Part shown: positions 12,064-24,739 of the stretch, in pieces
How positions within the stretch are numbered: position 1 is the first letter of the stretch
Layout: every line of letters begins with the position of its first letter
Origin: Patellaria atrata CBS 101060
Lineage: Eukaryota
DNA: 64,000 bases
Assembly (NCBI GenBank): GCA_010093705.1
Contig: MU006095.1
Location: 1,359,623 to 1,423,622 of the forward strand
Direction: 5' to 3'
Notes under the pieces: model-generated
The model's input: only the letters and a program-made list of their open reading frames with translations
Database searches by the model: none
Told to the model about the DNA's origin: nothing
Translations under genes and position numbers: made by a program

Positions 12064-15000
12064 TCACTGCCTAACACTGAAACCACTCCGTTTCGTGTAC
12101 ATCCTTGCTGCAATGTTCATAGATGCTAGCTCTTGAAAGAGTAGCTTGGCTGCATACGGAATGTGAATCTGCGATATCTTGGTCTTGTTCCTACAAGGGC
12201 GGCACTCGAATTGATTCTTTTTCAGAGATCTATTTGCAATCGTTAGTGAGGAGTTGATAGTTCGGAAAAACCATTACTTACGCAACCGGTGTCATAAGCC
12301 CGCAGATTTCGCAGATATGGACTCGATATGCATCGCTGACCTCAAACAGTCTTTCTTTCAAGAATGCGCTCGCACCATGAGATATCATACAGTCACGTTC
12401 CATCTCTCCGAATCGAAGACCACCATCTCTTGCTCTACCTTCCACAGGCTGGCGTGTCAAGATTTGAACAGGACCTCTGGCTCTCGCATGAATCTTATCA
12501 TCCACCATGTGCCTAAGACGTTGATAGTACGTTGGTCCTAAGAAGACCTGGCCTACTAGCTTTCTTCCTGTATGACCATTGTACATTACTTCAAATCCAC
12601 GGGACTGATAACCGTGTTCTCGAAGTAAATCGGAGACATTCGTTATAGTAACGTCTGTGAACGGTGTTGCGTCACCTTCCGCACCGCGTAATGCACCGAC
12701 TTTGCTAAGCAAGCACTCGATCAAATGTGCAATTGTCATACGAGACGGAATGGCATGTGGGTTGATAATTAAGTCGGGGGTAAGACCTTCCGCAGTGAAG
12801 GGCATGTCTTCTTGTCTGTACGTAATCCCGATGGTACCTTTTTGTCCGTGACGAGAAGCAAACTTGTCGCCAATTTGAGGAACTTTAGTCGTCCTTGTCC
12901 TAACTTTCACAAAGCGCAAACCTTCAGGATTTGTAGTGAGCACGACGTGATCGACAATGCCGTTTTCGGTACTACGCAAAGGCGTTGATACATCCCGCTT
13001 GACGTGCATTTTGGTTCGTTGACCTAGTTCTTCCGCATCAGGTGCAATAGGGGCGGTCTTTCCAATGATAATATCATCACCTGAGACACGTACACCAGGA
13101 GCGACAAGGCCATCTGGATCGAGTTTGTCGTAAGTGCCATGCTTAAGACGGAGAGTATCGGATCGCATGGGCTTTTCGAATGACTCCAGAGTAGCCATAC
13201 CTATCCGCTTTTCCTGATCCGTGTAGCACCGATAGAAAAGACTTCGGAACAGACCGCGGTCGATACTACTCTGGTTCATGATGACGGAGTCTTCTTGATT
13301 GTAGCCGGAGTAACAGGCGATTGCTACAATGGCATTCTGGCCGGCCGGGAGTTCTCTAAATTTGAGGTATTCCATAGAACGTGTTGTTGCTAGGGGCTTC
13401 TGAGGATAATAAAGGACATTGGACATAGTATCCATGCGTAATTCATAGTTGGTGAGCATAACACCCATGGCTTGCTTACCCATAGCTGATTGATATGTGT
13501 TACGAGGAGACTAGTGAAATTAGTAATGAAGTTCAAACCATATAAATCCCTTTTACGCACCTGATTGTGATCGGGGAACGGAATGATACTGGCACATATA
13601 CCAAGTATCATAGCTGGATGAATTTCGCAATGTGTGTAATTTCTTACAGTCGGATTTGGTTTGGGCTTGATCCGTTTATGTGGGTCTGCTTGTTCCTCCT
13701 CAGCAGATTCAATAGGTATACCCGCTTTCATTCTGGAATGTTCATCCAAATCCTCAGGCGTCATAATAATCATAGCCGTCTCCTCTTCTTCCGCATCCAT
13801 ATACTCTACTACGCCTTCTCTCAACAGATTCTTCCAGCCATATACGTGGTCGTCAATATCCGCGTCTGACATATGAGTTGTGTCGATATCTCTATCTTGC
13901 AACAACTTGTTCACGTTCTCCTTCGTCAGCTTAAGTTTGCCCTTATTGGCGCTCCTTGGATCATTGTCTATAACGAAGAGTGGTCGACAGACTCTCCCAG
14001 CATCAGTGACCAATTTGAACTCGCGTTCTCGAACATCCCACACCATGCCATATTCGTACGAGAGCACACCAGTTCTTCTAAGTTGCATGACCTGGCGGAC
14101 TAAGAGTGCTGGATCACGGTGAACACCGATCCAGACACCGTCGAGGAATATTTTTGTGGCATTAGGCGATGTAACCACATCATATTCCTCAAGTAGCTCC
14201 ATATTACGTTGAACCATGAAGTCCACCATAGGGCTACCATCTGTACCCACAGTTACATAACACATTAATGAAAGGTTCTTGACAAGACCGCAAGCTTGGC
14301 CTTCGGGTGTTTCAGCCGGACATACCAAGCCCCAGTGCGTGTTATGCAACTGGCGAGGTTTAGCGATCTTGCCATCACGACCAATTGGGGTATTGGTTCG
14401 CCGCAAATGAGATAAGGTTGAAGCGTATGTATATCGATTTAACACTTGTGATACACCAGCTTTGGCTGATGCAGCTTTCCTCTGATCACCCCAGTTGCCT
14501 GTGGCAAGGGAGTATCGCAACCCATCGGTCAGAGTGGAAGCGCGGACTGCGAGTTGCAAATTGAATTCTTTACCCGTCTCCACGACCTTCTGCATGTATT
14601 TGTAGATGTCTTTTGTCAACCTAATGAACAATTGACGAAACAAATTTGCCATGAGAGGACCAGCAAGATCAAGGCGCTTCTTGCCGAAGTGATCACGATC
14701 GTCTTCATCGCGGCGTCCTAGAACGACAAGTAGCATACGATGAGCCATATACCCCAAAAAGAAAGCTTTCCGAGTCTCGCTGCCCTCACGCTGGGAGATA
14801 TGTGGGAGAAATTCTTTTTGCATGATATCCCTTGCATATTTGATACGCCTCTCCCTTGTACCGGCTTGACTTCCACGCTTCCCAATAAAGTCCAAGGCGA
14901 CCTCGCGATCTTGAATAAGAACGCTCTCTTCGATTGACGGCATACATAGGTCCATCATTGGGTGATCTCCCTTATCAAAGCAGACATGATTGAGAATATC

Positions 15001-15936
15001 CTCATCTGAAACGATACCTAACGCACGGAAGCAGATGCCGAGTGGAACATCGGTCTTGACATAAGGTAGGTTTACGGCCATCGTAGGACCAATCTCTTTG
15101 AGGATAAAGCCTTTCTCGTACCATTTCACAGATGTAGAAGAAATCATACGGGATCCTTTTTCGACTGCACTGCGAATCTCAGCGACATACGGTGTCGGAT
15201 TTCCCTTCTTGTGGAAGACCTGAACGATATTGGCAGCACTACGCTCCTGCGCAATAAGAACCTTTTCGCTCCCATTGATAACAAAGTACCCGCCTTGGTC
15301 GTAGGGGCACTCGCATGCTGCAAACAGAAAATCCTCAGACTTGTTCCTCAACCCACATTGTTTAGACTTAAGCATGATTGGGAGCTTTCCGATAAAGACC
15401 CGAGGAACCGTTTCAATGTCGGTGTCTTCCATTTCCGTATGCCAGACGAGCTCTGTAGCGCCAGTATTTCCCATTTCCGTATCTGGGTCATCTATGTTGT
15501 CAGGTGCAATAGGGCGCTCTCTTGCCACTGATATTTTCAGGTGCATCTTGACGGTCATCGCACTAGAGTAAGTCAGATTCCGTAATCGTGCTTCATGCGG
15601 CCATAGTAATAAAGTTGTGCCGTCCCCTTCCGTGACACTAGGCATAGCAATTTGAAGATGTGAGAAAGAGATTTCATATCGCCTCTTGATAATAGGGTCG
15701 TCTTCATCGTCTCCTTGAGGCGTATTCTGATCCAAAGCAAGCCGACCATTTTCCTCTATAATTTCACGAAGAGTTGATGTTGCGAATTCATCGTAAGAAT
15801 CTATCTGCTGCGACACCAGACCCTTCGATTCAAAGAAAGATGAGATCACTGTCCAGCAGTCCTCGGAGGTAATATCCTCTTGCGATTCATCCTCGTACTC
15901 GTACTCGTCATCGTAGCCGTTCTCATAGCTAGCCAT
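12064..15936 (-). CDS. RPB2: DNA-directed RNA polymerase II second-largest subunit
   Basis: Exons 15936-13561, 13510-12282 and 12229-12064 (introns of 50 and 52 nt). Motifs [64 protein letters not shown]-terminal zinc site CEIC..ECRPC. Confidence 0.99.
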
Positions 15937-17406
15937 TATGATATCGGAAACCGTTATTCAGTTGTTGGCAATGTGTGGAGTAAGACGAGTTATTGAAGCC
16001 GAATGAAAGGGGCGAGCTCTCGTAGGAACCAAGGTAGGATTGGCCGGGGTGCGCGTCGCAATGAGGTGCAGCCGTGTTATCGCTATATCATCGTAAGTAT
16101 GAATATTAGCAGGCTTTTGCGTCTTTCACCTCAGTGAAAAAGCTGGGTTGAGGAATGTAGAGACGGTTGTGGAGGAGTTGGTTGCTCTCTGCTCCTTCGA
16201 CGTTTGAGGTATTCTTGGGGGAACTTTTATTGAGCCTCATTGCGCTAAGCCTAAAAGAGGCTACGTTGACCCCTGCCGTCGATCAAGTCTTGGCTTTGCT
16301 TTTTGCCCTAGAGACCAGAGTTACTTTTGACCTCCAAACGTAAACAGGCCTATAGTTCTTGTTTGTCAACCTGCAACTCGAATTCTCGCGTTGGAACAAG
16401 TACTATCATAGTAACTCTTCCAATCGACTACTATTAGAATATGCAGCCTCTGGCAATATGTAGATACCTGATAAGATCATTCCCAGGACTACCAAAGAAC
16501 TAATCCCGAATACTTTTCCCCTTCAGTGTGAAGGGAGAGCATTACTACCACACCAATATCTGATTTTTATGATCTAAAGAATTTATTCCGAAAATTTATT
16601 AACAGAGATGAGGGACCTGAAGCTGAGATAGAATGCCCGGCCATCTTCGACCCCATCTCTACAACTTACATGCGCGGAGATAGAGAGCTATGTGGACCGA
16701 CTCCATCGTGCATTCTGACATCTGGAGTTCGTTCTTTTTGGTCTGATCGGTCTGTGTAGTACATCATTGCACATGTGATACTGTGGACTCATAGTTTCAC
16801 TAGTGAAGATGATGAACCCCCAGGGGCAGATGTTAGTTGATATTTGAAGTTGAGGTGGCTCTGAATACCAGTGAACGCGACTCGTCGAGATTTGTAGTTT
16901 GAAACGAGGTACGACAGTTTGGCTTTACTCGACTGGGCGTGATTGAGAATGCGGCCATCAAAATGTTTGGTAATATCTCAACCAAGGATTCTGTAGGTCC
17001 CAGTCAGAAGGTCCTTTCTCGAACTTGTCATGTCTTAGTCTCCTTTGTCATGAATTTTCTATCTTGAAATTGCTTCACTCATACGGTTCGAACATCAGAG
17101 GCATCAGAATATACAGTTATGCACAGCCTTTCCATTTTTATCGAAAGGGTGCACGGTCACCTTCAAAGACTCGATGGTCTAATCCTGATAATGGCCGAAG
17201 ATCCACTCGGGAACAAACTGGAGCCATTTAATAGCTGAGGGTGCACATGTAGAACAATTGTGGCATTTTCAACCATGATAATGAATGAGAGAAGAACCGT
17301 AACCCTAGGAACAATCAAAAATAGACAAAAGATCTCAGGAAAATCACCGGTTATTTCAACGCAATCTAGACTATTGATGCAGGGGAGCTTGATAATCAAT
17401 TTTCAA

Positions 17407-20400
17407 CTATATCCCTAAACCCCCCTTCTCCAACCGTCTGAATAATTGTAAGAATCCTTCTACCATCGTGTAAGGTCCTTCATCGAGTCTCAATCGACCA
17501 TCATCCTGGCCTACATCCAACGCATTGTACTTTGTTTCCTCCGATTCTTCAGTATCGCCGACACTGTATGGTTGAAGCCAGTTCCAGACACCCTTAGCAC
17601 TGGCCGCTCCACCGATTATGGGAAGTCGAATGGTAGCACTATCGGAATCGGGCTTGAGATCGGAACGTTGAATTTCCAGCCAGGTGGAGGGAGTTAGGGG
17701 CTTTTCCTCATCGTATGGATGTGGGATGTCGCGTGTGATTAGCATGGGGCCTAAAGTGAAGAATGCGGCTAAGGAATTTGTCAGTATTGGACGATATTTG
17801 ACTGCTCGATGTTGGATCAGCCACTCACATATTTTATACAGCGCCTTCTGGACAGTCCACGCAGACAGCTTCAGCTCAGTCACTGGGAGTATTGGCGTGT
17901 ACACATGGAGAGGAGTATATGGATCAACTATCATAGTTTTCACGAGGAACTTTGAAGCATGCGTAGCCTCAAAACTGTTGCCCTTCAGCGGACCTAGGGG
18001 ATCAATGTAGTATGGACTCAGAGTCGGAAAAACATCAGGTTCAATTAATTGGCGTGGATCTCCTACAACCGGCGATGGCGGTGGAAGAATAGGCTCTCCT
18101 GTAAGAGTACCTGCAGTAAAGTACGTGTGGAGTTTGGTCCAATTCGTTGAGCCGGTTGTGCTATTATCGGTGTCGAAGTAGCCCACTACACCATCGAACG
18201 GCCGTTCAGCATCGCCGATCTTGATTGGAAATTTGTATCCGTAAAGAATATCGGCATCCGAAATAGTATTGTTCAATGTTGGAGGTAAGGTAGTCTGGGA
18301 GCTCAAAGGCTCAGTTGCAAGTTCAAGGCTAAACCCGACATTTACTAAGGCTAACGGCTTCCCAATAATTGCAGTTGCAGATGCCGCATACTCCGGTGGT
18401 GCGAAGGGCATAGTCTCTACAGCCTGTGTGACCATGTTGTAGAAAGACCTCAGATAGACACCGCCATCGGACCCAGTCAGGGTTGTGATTAGTTGGTCAA
18501 GCTGCGGCGAAATATCCGCGGTCCCTGGAGTAGGGGGGTCGAAGGGTAACCACTTTGCGGATGCAATTGTGTCAGTTGGGCCTCCTAGTGTAAGTTCTAC
18601 GTAGAAGCTACCCTCACTTGTAAAGAATTGTAACCCCTGGTTGGCATAATTGATGATTATCCAGCCCCATATCGGTTGCTCATAATCTGAAACTGTTCGC
18701 CATCCCACGAATTCATTGGCATTGGTCAAACTAATCTCTTTCACCAGAAATGAGGCATTGAGTCGAGAGTTCTGGTTGATTGCAGGTGGAAGCTGGATAT
18801 AGGGGCAAAGAGGGTAAGCTCCCGGGAGTTGAGGATCGGCGAGTGTTAGGGGAGTAACCGTGTTTAGTAACGTTGTCCCTGGAACAAATGTTGGACAAAC
18901 CTGATCACCTAGGCAGGGGTATATGGTCTCGGGATCATCCGAAGGGATTCGCAATGGAGGTTGAGCGGGTATAGCACTAATTGCCTGTCCGAACTTGTCT
19001 ATCATGTTCAACTTGGTGAAACGAAGCTGACCATGTGTGGCACCTTTGAATGGAGAACTAGTCGCAGTAGAGAAGTCTTCCAGGGTACCGTAAGGTGTCG
19101 CTGCTGTTTGATCACGTATCAACATTAAGTCTTCGCGGCTGATTCCGATATCTACACCCGCGAGAACAGCGGCTTCAAGTGGAACTGGACGAGGGTTTCC
19201 AGGCACAGTAAAGTTTGGAGGAACATGGGAACCCTCCTTCAGAGTGAGTAGATTGGTTGTCAATCCATCCAACTCGCCAGATATAAAATCGAGGGTTCCG
19301 ACTGCTTTTATAAAAGCATCTCTTTGTTCTACAGTCTCGAGCTCAGGTGGAAGATCCGTTCCAGAAACACTGAGGACTTGTGCAAGTATGGCCTGAAGGT
19401 TAAAGACTGGTTGTGGAAGGACAAGAATACGTCCGGAAACGGTACGTACGTCTTCGGTGCTCTCCAGATCATTGTAGAGAGGCTCTTTTACCATGTACCG
19501 AACTTGAGAGTGGTTGTTGCCAATTGGAGAGCTAACCAGTTCCACAGACCACTTTTCTATGGGTATGTGATAGTAAATGGCCTCCCACTCAAGAAATAAG
19601 GGACACCATGGTTGTTTTACCCACGATTTGAAACCTAGGATGCCGCCATGATCTTGCGTGGTTACAGCCTCTCCAACAAGAACTTTTATCGCAGTGTCTA
19701 AACCTGGATCTCCTGTCGAAGCCAGTCGTACAACAGGAGGTTGATCTCTGAACTGGAAATAATAAGGACTTTGCGAGAGTACTCTAATATGTAATTTGCC
19801 CAGATACTCCGTTGGCCAACCTGAATCTATACCTGCGATACACACGGTCGGGTCTTTCCTATGGAAGAAAGCTGGACGCGCAATTTTTCGAGCTTTTAAC
19901 CTTGGAAACGCGACAGGACGCACAGCTCTCACAATATTGCTGACTTGTGCTTGGAGACCAGTATCCGGAGCCCAGATCTGTTGCGTTAGAGACTTAATAA
20001 TCTCTCTAAATTTGACAACACCATCCTTGTATTTCATCAGTCTTTCCTGTTGCTTTCCATTCGGGTCTGATATAAAGTTCCACCAGACGGAAAATAAAGA
20101 CCATTGCATGTGTTTCAGTTTTCGTTCTGCAGCATCTATCTGAGCTTGGAGATCGTTGACTTTCCTCAGATACTGGGTTTCAGAATAGCCTGACTCATCA
20201 GGCTTGCTGCTGGGTGTCAGAGCTGGTTTTCCACGTTCCGCTTTTTCATCGTATTGCCATGCAACACCTCCAGCTTCACGCTGAAAGTTATGAGCGTCAA
20301 TTATATCTGAAGCTTTTACACGGCCATCATATCCATCTTCCATAGCGTAAAGAAGCTCACTGAGATTAAGAATATCCGCGGCAAGCTCACTGGATCCACT

Positions 20401-21600
20401 CCCAAGTATGACATCCGAATTGGCCTTATGCGCTTGAAGAAAGGTTAAGACGGAATCTAGAGCTGTTGTGCCCACGGATATTGGCTCCATGGTTATATTT
20501 GCTGTGAATAGCTTCGCATACTCATCGGCCGGAGTAAAAGGTTTAAGATTTCGATTCCAGGGGACATTGTATACAGTACCATGGCATGCTAACCTCGACC
20601 ACGTCCGGTCGAACCTACCGTTTTTCTCAATCCAATCAGGGGAAGTCTCTAAGAACAGTGCCCTTAGCCGCTCTTTAAAACTCCCTTTGAGACCGTCTCT
20701 TCCGACGGGATCATCGCTCAGGTTTGAATGCCACCCTACAACGGTATAATCGCAAGTAGCTTTGGTGTACTTCGATACCCTTCCAGAAATATTGACGAAT
20801 TGTAAATTATCGACCATTGAGAGAACATTGGGGTTGTGGGCGGAGTTGTCCGCAAACAGAATGTTCCCTGAATTCATAGTCGTTAACGGAATTCTTGGGA
20901 CAGTATTCCCCTTCTCTTCCCATGACGAAGCGGGAATCTTTGCACCAATATAATATTTCGTTTGATTATTCAAAACATCAGGGGAAGATTCGTCACCATC
21001 TTTGTACATAACATATGGGCTTACATCAACCTCGAGATCAACATCAGGACCCAGTTCATCAAGTGTCCATAGACGGTCGCTTTCGACCACCCATGCTTGA
21101 GTCCTTCCGAGGGCTATAGCATTTCCCGGTAGGGCATCTCGGATCGACCTTACAACTAGCCAGCGGTTTGGTATCATTCGAAACGTTGGTTCCGGGCTGA
21201 TGTTTTCCTTAGTCGGAAGCTCATCCGTCCCAGAAGCTCCTCCAGTGGCAGCTCGATAGAGCCGTGGCAAGCTCCAGTGAATATACACGCCTAATCTTCG
21301 TTCCTTTGAGCGACCAGTTGAGGCTTGATCAGTGCTTCCAGGAGAGGAACTGAGAGTAGTTGCACTTTGGTCTTCGACTGCAGTCACACGGGAATTGACT
21401 GTTGCAGGTTGAGTTCTACTCAAGTCTACGTACGGAAGGATATCATGTTTGATTTCCGAACTGTTCAATCGCAGGCCACGATAGTCTGGTTGAGTGATAG
21501 GCGCAATCCGAGAGCCGCCTTCGTCACAGACTTTCTCGTTCAATATGAACGCTTCGACATTGATCGGAGCGCAGAAGATATTGGTATCACCCATAGACAT
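17407..21600 (-). CDS. Large uncharacterised protein 'A' (~1377 aa) of the DUF6603-associated cluster
   Basis: Long ORF with first ATG at 21600 (MSMGDTNIF). Probable in-frame 60-nt intron 17828-17769 (GTGAGT..TACTGAC..TAG). Conserved-looking blocks GVYIHWSLP, IPNRWLVVR, YTVVGWH, QPWCPLFLEWE, MIDKFGQ, PIWGWIIINY, IIGKPLALV, FPIKIGD..DGVVGYF, MVEGFLQL. No signal peptide. Confidence 0.9.
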   Translation of the reverse strand: MSMGDTNIFCAPINVEAFILNEKVCDEGGSRIAPITQPDYRGLRLNSSEIKHDILPYVDLSRTQPATVNSRVTAVEDQSATTLSSSPGSTDQASTGRSKERRLGVYIHWSLPRLYRAATGGASGTDELPTKENISPEPTFRMIPNRWLVVRSIRDALPGNAIALGRTQAWVVESDRLWTLDELGPDVDLEVDVSPYVMYKDGDESSPDVLNNQTKYYIGAKIPASSWEEKGNTVPRIPLTTMNSGNILFADNSAHNPNVLSMVDNLQFVNISGRVSKYTKATCDYTVVGWHSNLSDDPVGRDGLKGSFKERLRALFLETSPDWIEKNGRFDRTWSRLACHGTVYNVPWNRNLKPFTPADEYAKLFTANITMEPISVGTTALDSVLTFLQAHKANSDVILGSGSSELAADILNLSELLYAMEDGYDGRVKASDIIDAHNFQREAGGVAWQYDEKAERGKPALTPSSKPDESGYSETQYLRKVNDLQAQIDAAERKLKHMQWSLFSVWWNFISDPNGKQQERLMKYKDGVVKFREIIKSLTQQIWAPDTGLQAQVSNIVRAVRPVAFPRLKARKIARPAFFHRKDPTVCIAGIDSGWPTEYLGKLHIRVLSQSPYYFQFRDQPPVVRLASTGDPGLDTAIKVLVGEAVTTQDHGGILGFKSWVKQPWCPLFLEWEAIYYHIPIEKWSVELVSSPIGNNHSQVRYMVKEPLYNDLESTEDVRTVSGRILVLPQPVFNLQAILAQVLSVSGTDLPPELETVEQRDAFIKAVGTLDFISGELDGLTTNLLTLKEGSHVPPNFTVPGNPRPVPLEAAVLAGVDIGISREDLMLIRDQTAATPYGTLEDFSTATSSPFKGATHGQLRFTKLNMIDKFGQAISAIPAQPPLRIPSDDPETIYPCLGDQVCPTFVPGTTLLNTVTPLTLADPQLPGAYPLCPYIQLPPAINQNSRLNASFLVKEISLTNANEFVGWRTVSDYEQPIWGWIIINYANQGLQFFTSEGSFYVELTLGGPTDTIASAKWLPFDPPTPGTADISPQLDQLITTLTGSDGGVYLRSFYNMVTQAVETMPFAPPEYAASATAIIGKPLALVNVGFSLELATEPLSSQTTLPPTLNNTISDADILYGYKFPIKIGDAERPFDGVVGYFDTDNSTTGSTNWTKLHTYFTAGTLTGEPILPPPSPVVGDPRQLIEPDVFPTLSPYYIDPLGPLKGNSFEATHASKFLVKTMIVDPYTPLHVYTPILPVTELKLSAWTVQKALYKICEWLIQHRAVKYRPILTNSLAAFFTLGPMLITRDIPHPYDEEKPLTPSTWLEIQRSDLKPDSDSATIRLPIIGGAASAKGVWNWLQPYSVGDTEESEETKYNALDVGQDDGRLRLDEGPYTMVEGFLQLFRRLEKGGLGI

Positions 21601-22066
21601 GTTTACTGCCCGTGATCTCTCCTTCAAATCTCGTATGTATATGAAAGTACAGGGAGAACGTTGGGCTCAAAAGCTCGCTCACCCAAGGAACCGTCTACCG
21701 TATGCCACGCTTGATAGGGCATAGCGGGCTTGCAACAAGCACTCCGATATTCATCAAAACCATCTTATCATGCCTCCAGATTTGTGTCAGATCGGATGAA
21801 AGTTGTGGAGAATTTGGCTTGCATCTTGATCTGGCTCAGCCCGATTTTCGCTTATTCTGGCGATGGTGGCCCAAGCTTTATTTCAGCTTCAAGCCCCTTT
21901 TCTTAGCTCTCAATCCAGCTTCGACGACCTCGACAAAACTTGCCCTTGATGAGAGGTATCAATCATTATCCTATGCTGGAAGAAATCAGGACTTTCGATA
22001 TGTTTTGTCAACCATTATCAAGCTCTGTAACGTCTGAAGAGACAGAACTACTCTTTCTGGGTCAAT
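21601..22066. promoter_or_regulatory. Putative bidirectional promoter (protein A / tyrosinase)
   Basis: 466 bp between divergent ATGs; shares motifs with 28441-29002. Confidence 0.6.
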
Positions 22067-24739
22067 ATGGGACCATCCGCCAAAGCAGCGAACATTGCTC
22101 GGCAGCATATACAGGAAGGAGTGGTAGCTGGAATTTTGAACAACGGCAAGAAGGGTTACCCACGCTTGGAGATTGATGACTTCTGTCAAGACTATGCCCG
22201 TCTCAATTTGTATCTTCTGGCAATGTCCGCCATTCAAGATCCAAACAATGACATTAAGGATCTGTGGAGCTGGTTTCAGATTCAAGGTATTCATGGGTAT
22301 GATTTATGATCGTTTCTTCCGAGAGGTTGTTGACTTGATATCAGAGTACCTTGGGCGGACTGGGGTGGAATAGGTCCTGAGGCTCTGTATAAGGATATCA
22401 AGAGCAGAGGTCATCAAGTAGATATTACCTCGATTGACGGACAAGACCCAAGAGAGGGTGATAGAGAGGTTGGCTATTGCACACACGGAACTATCCTGTT
22501 CCCCAGTTGGCACAGGGGATATGCAGCAATGATTGAACAGGCCATTCAAGCAAAGATGGTGGAAATAGCGAGTACATTCAAACGGAAAGGACCCAACGAT
22601 CTTGCTTCAAGGTCCAGATCCGCTGCAATCCAATTCAGACAGCCGTATGCATCATCATCCACTTCGACGCCGACTATTTACTGATACCTCTAGATATTGG
22701 GACCCATTCCGAGCTCGTGCTGGTCAAGCTTGGAATAATACTCTGCAACCCGGTCTCTCCTTGATTCTTGCCGTCAAAAGGGTCAAAGTTACCCGACCTG
22801 ATCTGACAGAAGCCGAAATTGATAACCCGTTGTACAGTTATAAATTTCCGGGGAGAGATAAGTTCATAAACGCTAGACCAGCATTACTACCTCGAATTGA
22901 AGGCAACGAGTGGGCTGGCCTCGACATCAGAACTCGAGAAACCCATAGGAGACCTCCAGACCCTAATAACCCGATAAGCTCAAATAATGTTGCTATCCAG
23001 CGACGTCTCGAGGGTTCCATTGGGGATAGTGCAGGTACTCTCCAGTGGCGCGATCTCATGGAAAAGGCATATCATACATTGATGCTCGACTCACCCCAGC
23101 AGGTTCCGAATGCAAAGAACTTATACCATCGTTTTGCGACTAACGACTGGGAAAGGGCCGAGCAGATTGCATTGGGTGTCACTCAGCTTAGTCCAAATGG
23201 TGATCCACATTCTTTAGAAGCATGGCATAATGAAAGTGAGTCTTGCTAACTGCACCCGTATCCTCGAAATTATTATACTAATTTGGTTTCTCAGTGCATG
23301 GAATAATTGGCGGACAGGGAGGAACCATGGGTAACCCAGATACTGCTGGGCATGATCCCATATTCATCTTTCATCATGCGAATGTCGATCGGCATTACGC
23401 CCTTTGGCAAGCTCGATATCCGAAGGAATGGTGGGGGGCTGCTCAAGCAGCTGCTACAGAAAACAATTACACCCAGTTGCTTGGAACGTATCAGACTCCA
23501 CAAACTCCTCTCATACCATTCAGGAGAAAACCACCCACTATTGGCCAAAATCACGCCCAGAAAAACACGTTTTGGAACACCGATGACATACGAGATCACT
23601 CTACATTAGGATATCAGTACAATCCCATACCAACAGACATGAGTCCTAATGAGAGAAGTCGCGAAGCAACTCGCGATATTAACATTAATTTAGCTTGGTA
23701 CAAAGCAAGACCGACTGCTTTGGACGGCCCCTTCGTCGACCCAGTTCCCATGGATAAAGTTAAAGCATTCCTCAGCTGGCCTCCCCGGATCGACGACCGA
23801 ACCGATCAGAACCCCCTCTGGACACCCATTACCGCGACTCCCGGCCCTTTGCACCCCAACCGACTTCCTATCCGAAGGCAACTTCGAGCTGAAGGCTCTG
23901 TTGGAGATTCCTCAGTACTGCTTCCTGTCCCTGCGCCAGAATTCGCAAAACTCCCAGACTCCGACTTCGAGTACATTTTCCCACCTTCAACTATCTCTTC
24001 AGCCGGCTACGTGAAACTCTGGTTCTTCAACTTCCGCTGCCTCCGCCACACCCTCGGCACTTCCTTCACAGTGTACGTCTTCCTTGGTGACTTCCCCACC
24101 TCTTCCTCTGAGTGGTCCAAGGCGCCTAATCTTGTAATGCCACTATTCCAAATTGTCCGTTTCAACCCCGCTGCGTTCGAAGCTACCCCCGATTCAGGAC
24201 CCGCAACGCAAAGTGGAGCAATCTCCCCGGAGGACGGCACACTAAAGAAGTTAGTCCCGAAAGTTGAGAAGGAGAAGCATAGTACCTGCGGCAATTGTGC
24301 GAGGCAGCAAGAAGATCGAAGGATGTTAGCTGATACAGCGCCCTTGACTCAATCCCTGTTGAAGTATATCCGACTTGGCGAGGCTGTCCCGGATGCCGAT
24401 GACATCGAACAAGGCGACCTACCGGGTGTCGCAGTAAGGAGCTTGGAAAGCGATGATGTGGTACCCTTTTTGAAACGAAACCTACATTGGCGGGTGGTTC
24501 GGGTATGTAAAACTAATCCGCGATCACGGAAAACCGCCATATGCTGACTGATTGTACTTTAGTCCGACGGCGAGGAGATCCCTCGCGACCAGCTAGAAGA
24601 GTTCAAGGTCTTTGTTACGCAGCGGGGCTTGACTCTACCGAAGAACAACTTCGACGTGCCGATTTACGATCCTGCAGAGTTGAAGTGGGACGTCACGGAT
24701 AATAGGCCGGGAGGGTTAGCCTCGGGGGAACATCCATAG
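22067..24739 (+). CDS. Tyrosinase (type-3 dicopper oxidase), ~818 aa, with C-terminal shielding domain; no signal peptide
   Basis: Five exons: 22067-22296, 22345-22644, 22694-23235, 23295-24502, 24563-24739, all GT-AG and frame-consistent. CuA ligands GIHG..GYCTHGTILFPSWHR; QFRQPYWD; CuB ligands SLEAWHNEMHGIIGG..DPIFIFHHANVDR; C-terminal CGNC (CxxC) and LKRNLHWRV. Confidence 0.93.

Noticed and set aside
15940..17400. Possible mobile-element or Starship boundary, or small gene, left of the cluster
   Set aside because: No transposase or tyrosine-recombinase gene, no terminal repeats matching 34252-34959, and only short unconvincing ORFs.
21601..21627. ORF-track N-terminal extensions (21627, also 28952 and 49498)
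   Set aside because: They begin at TTG/GTG. In a eukaryote the first ATGs (21600, 29003, 49438) are the likely starts.
21907..21915. CTCTCAATC shared by both cluster promoters (also 28882-28890)
   Set aside because: Also present upstream of MCR1 (34921), so probably a generic CT-rich core promoter word.
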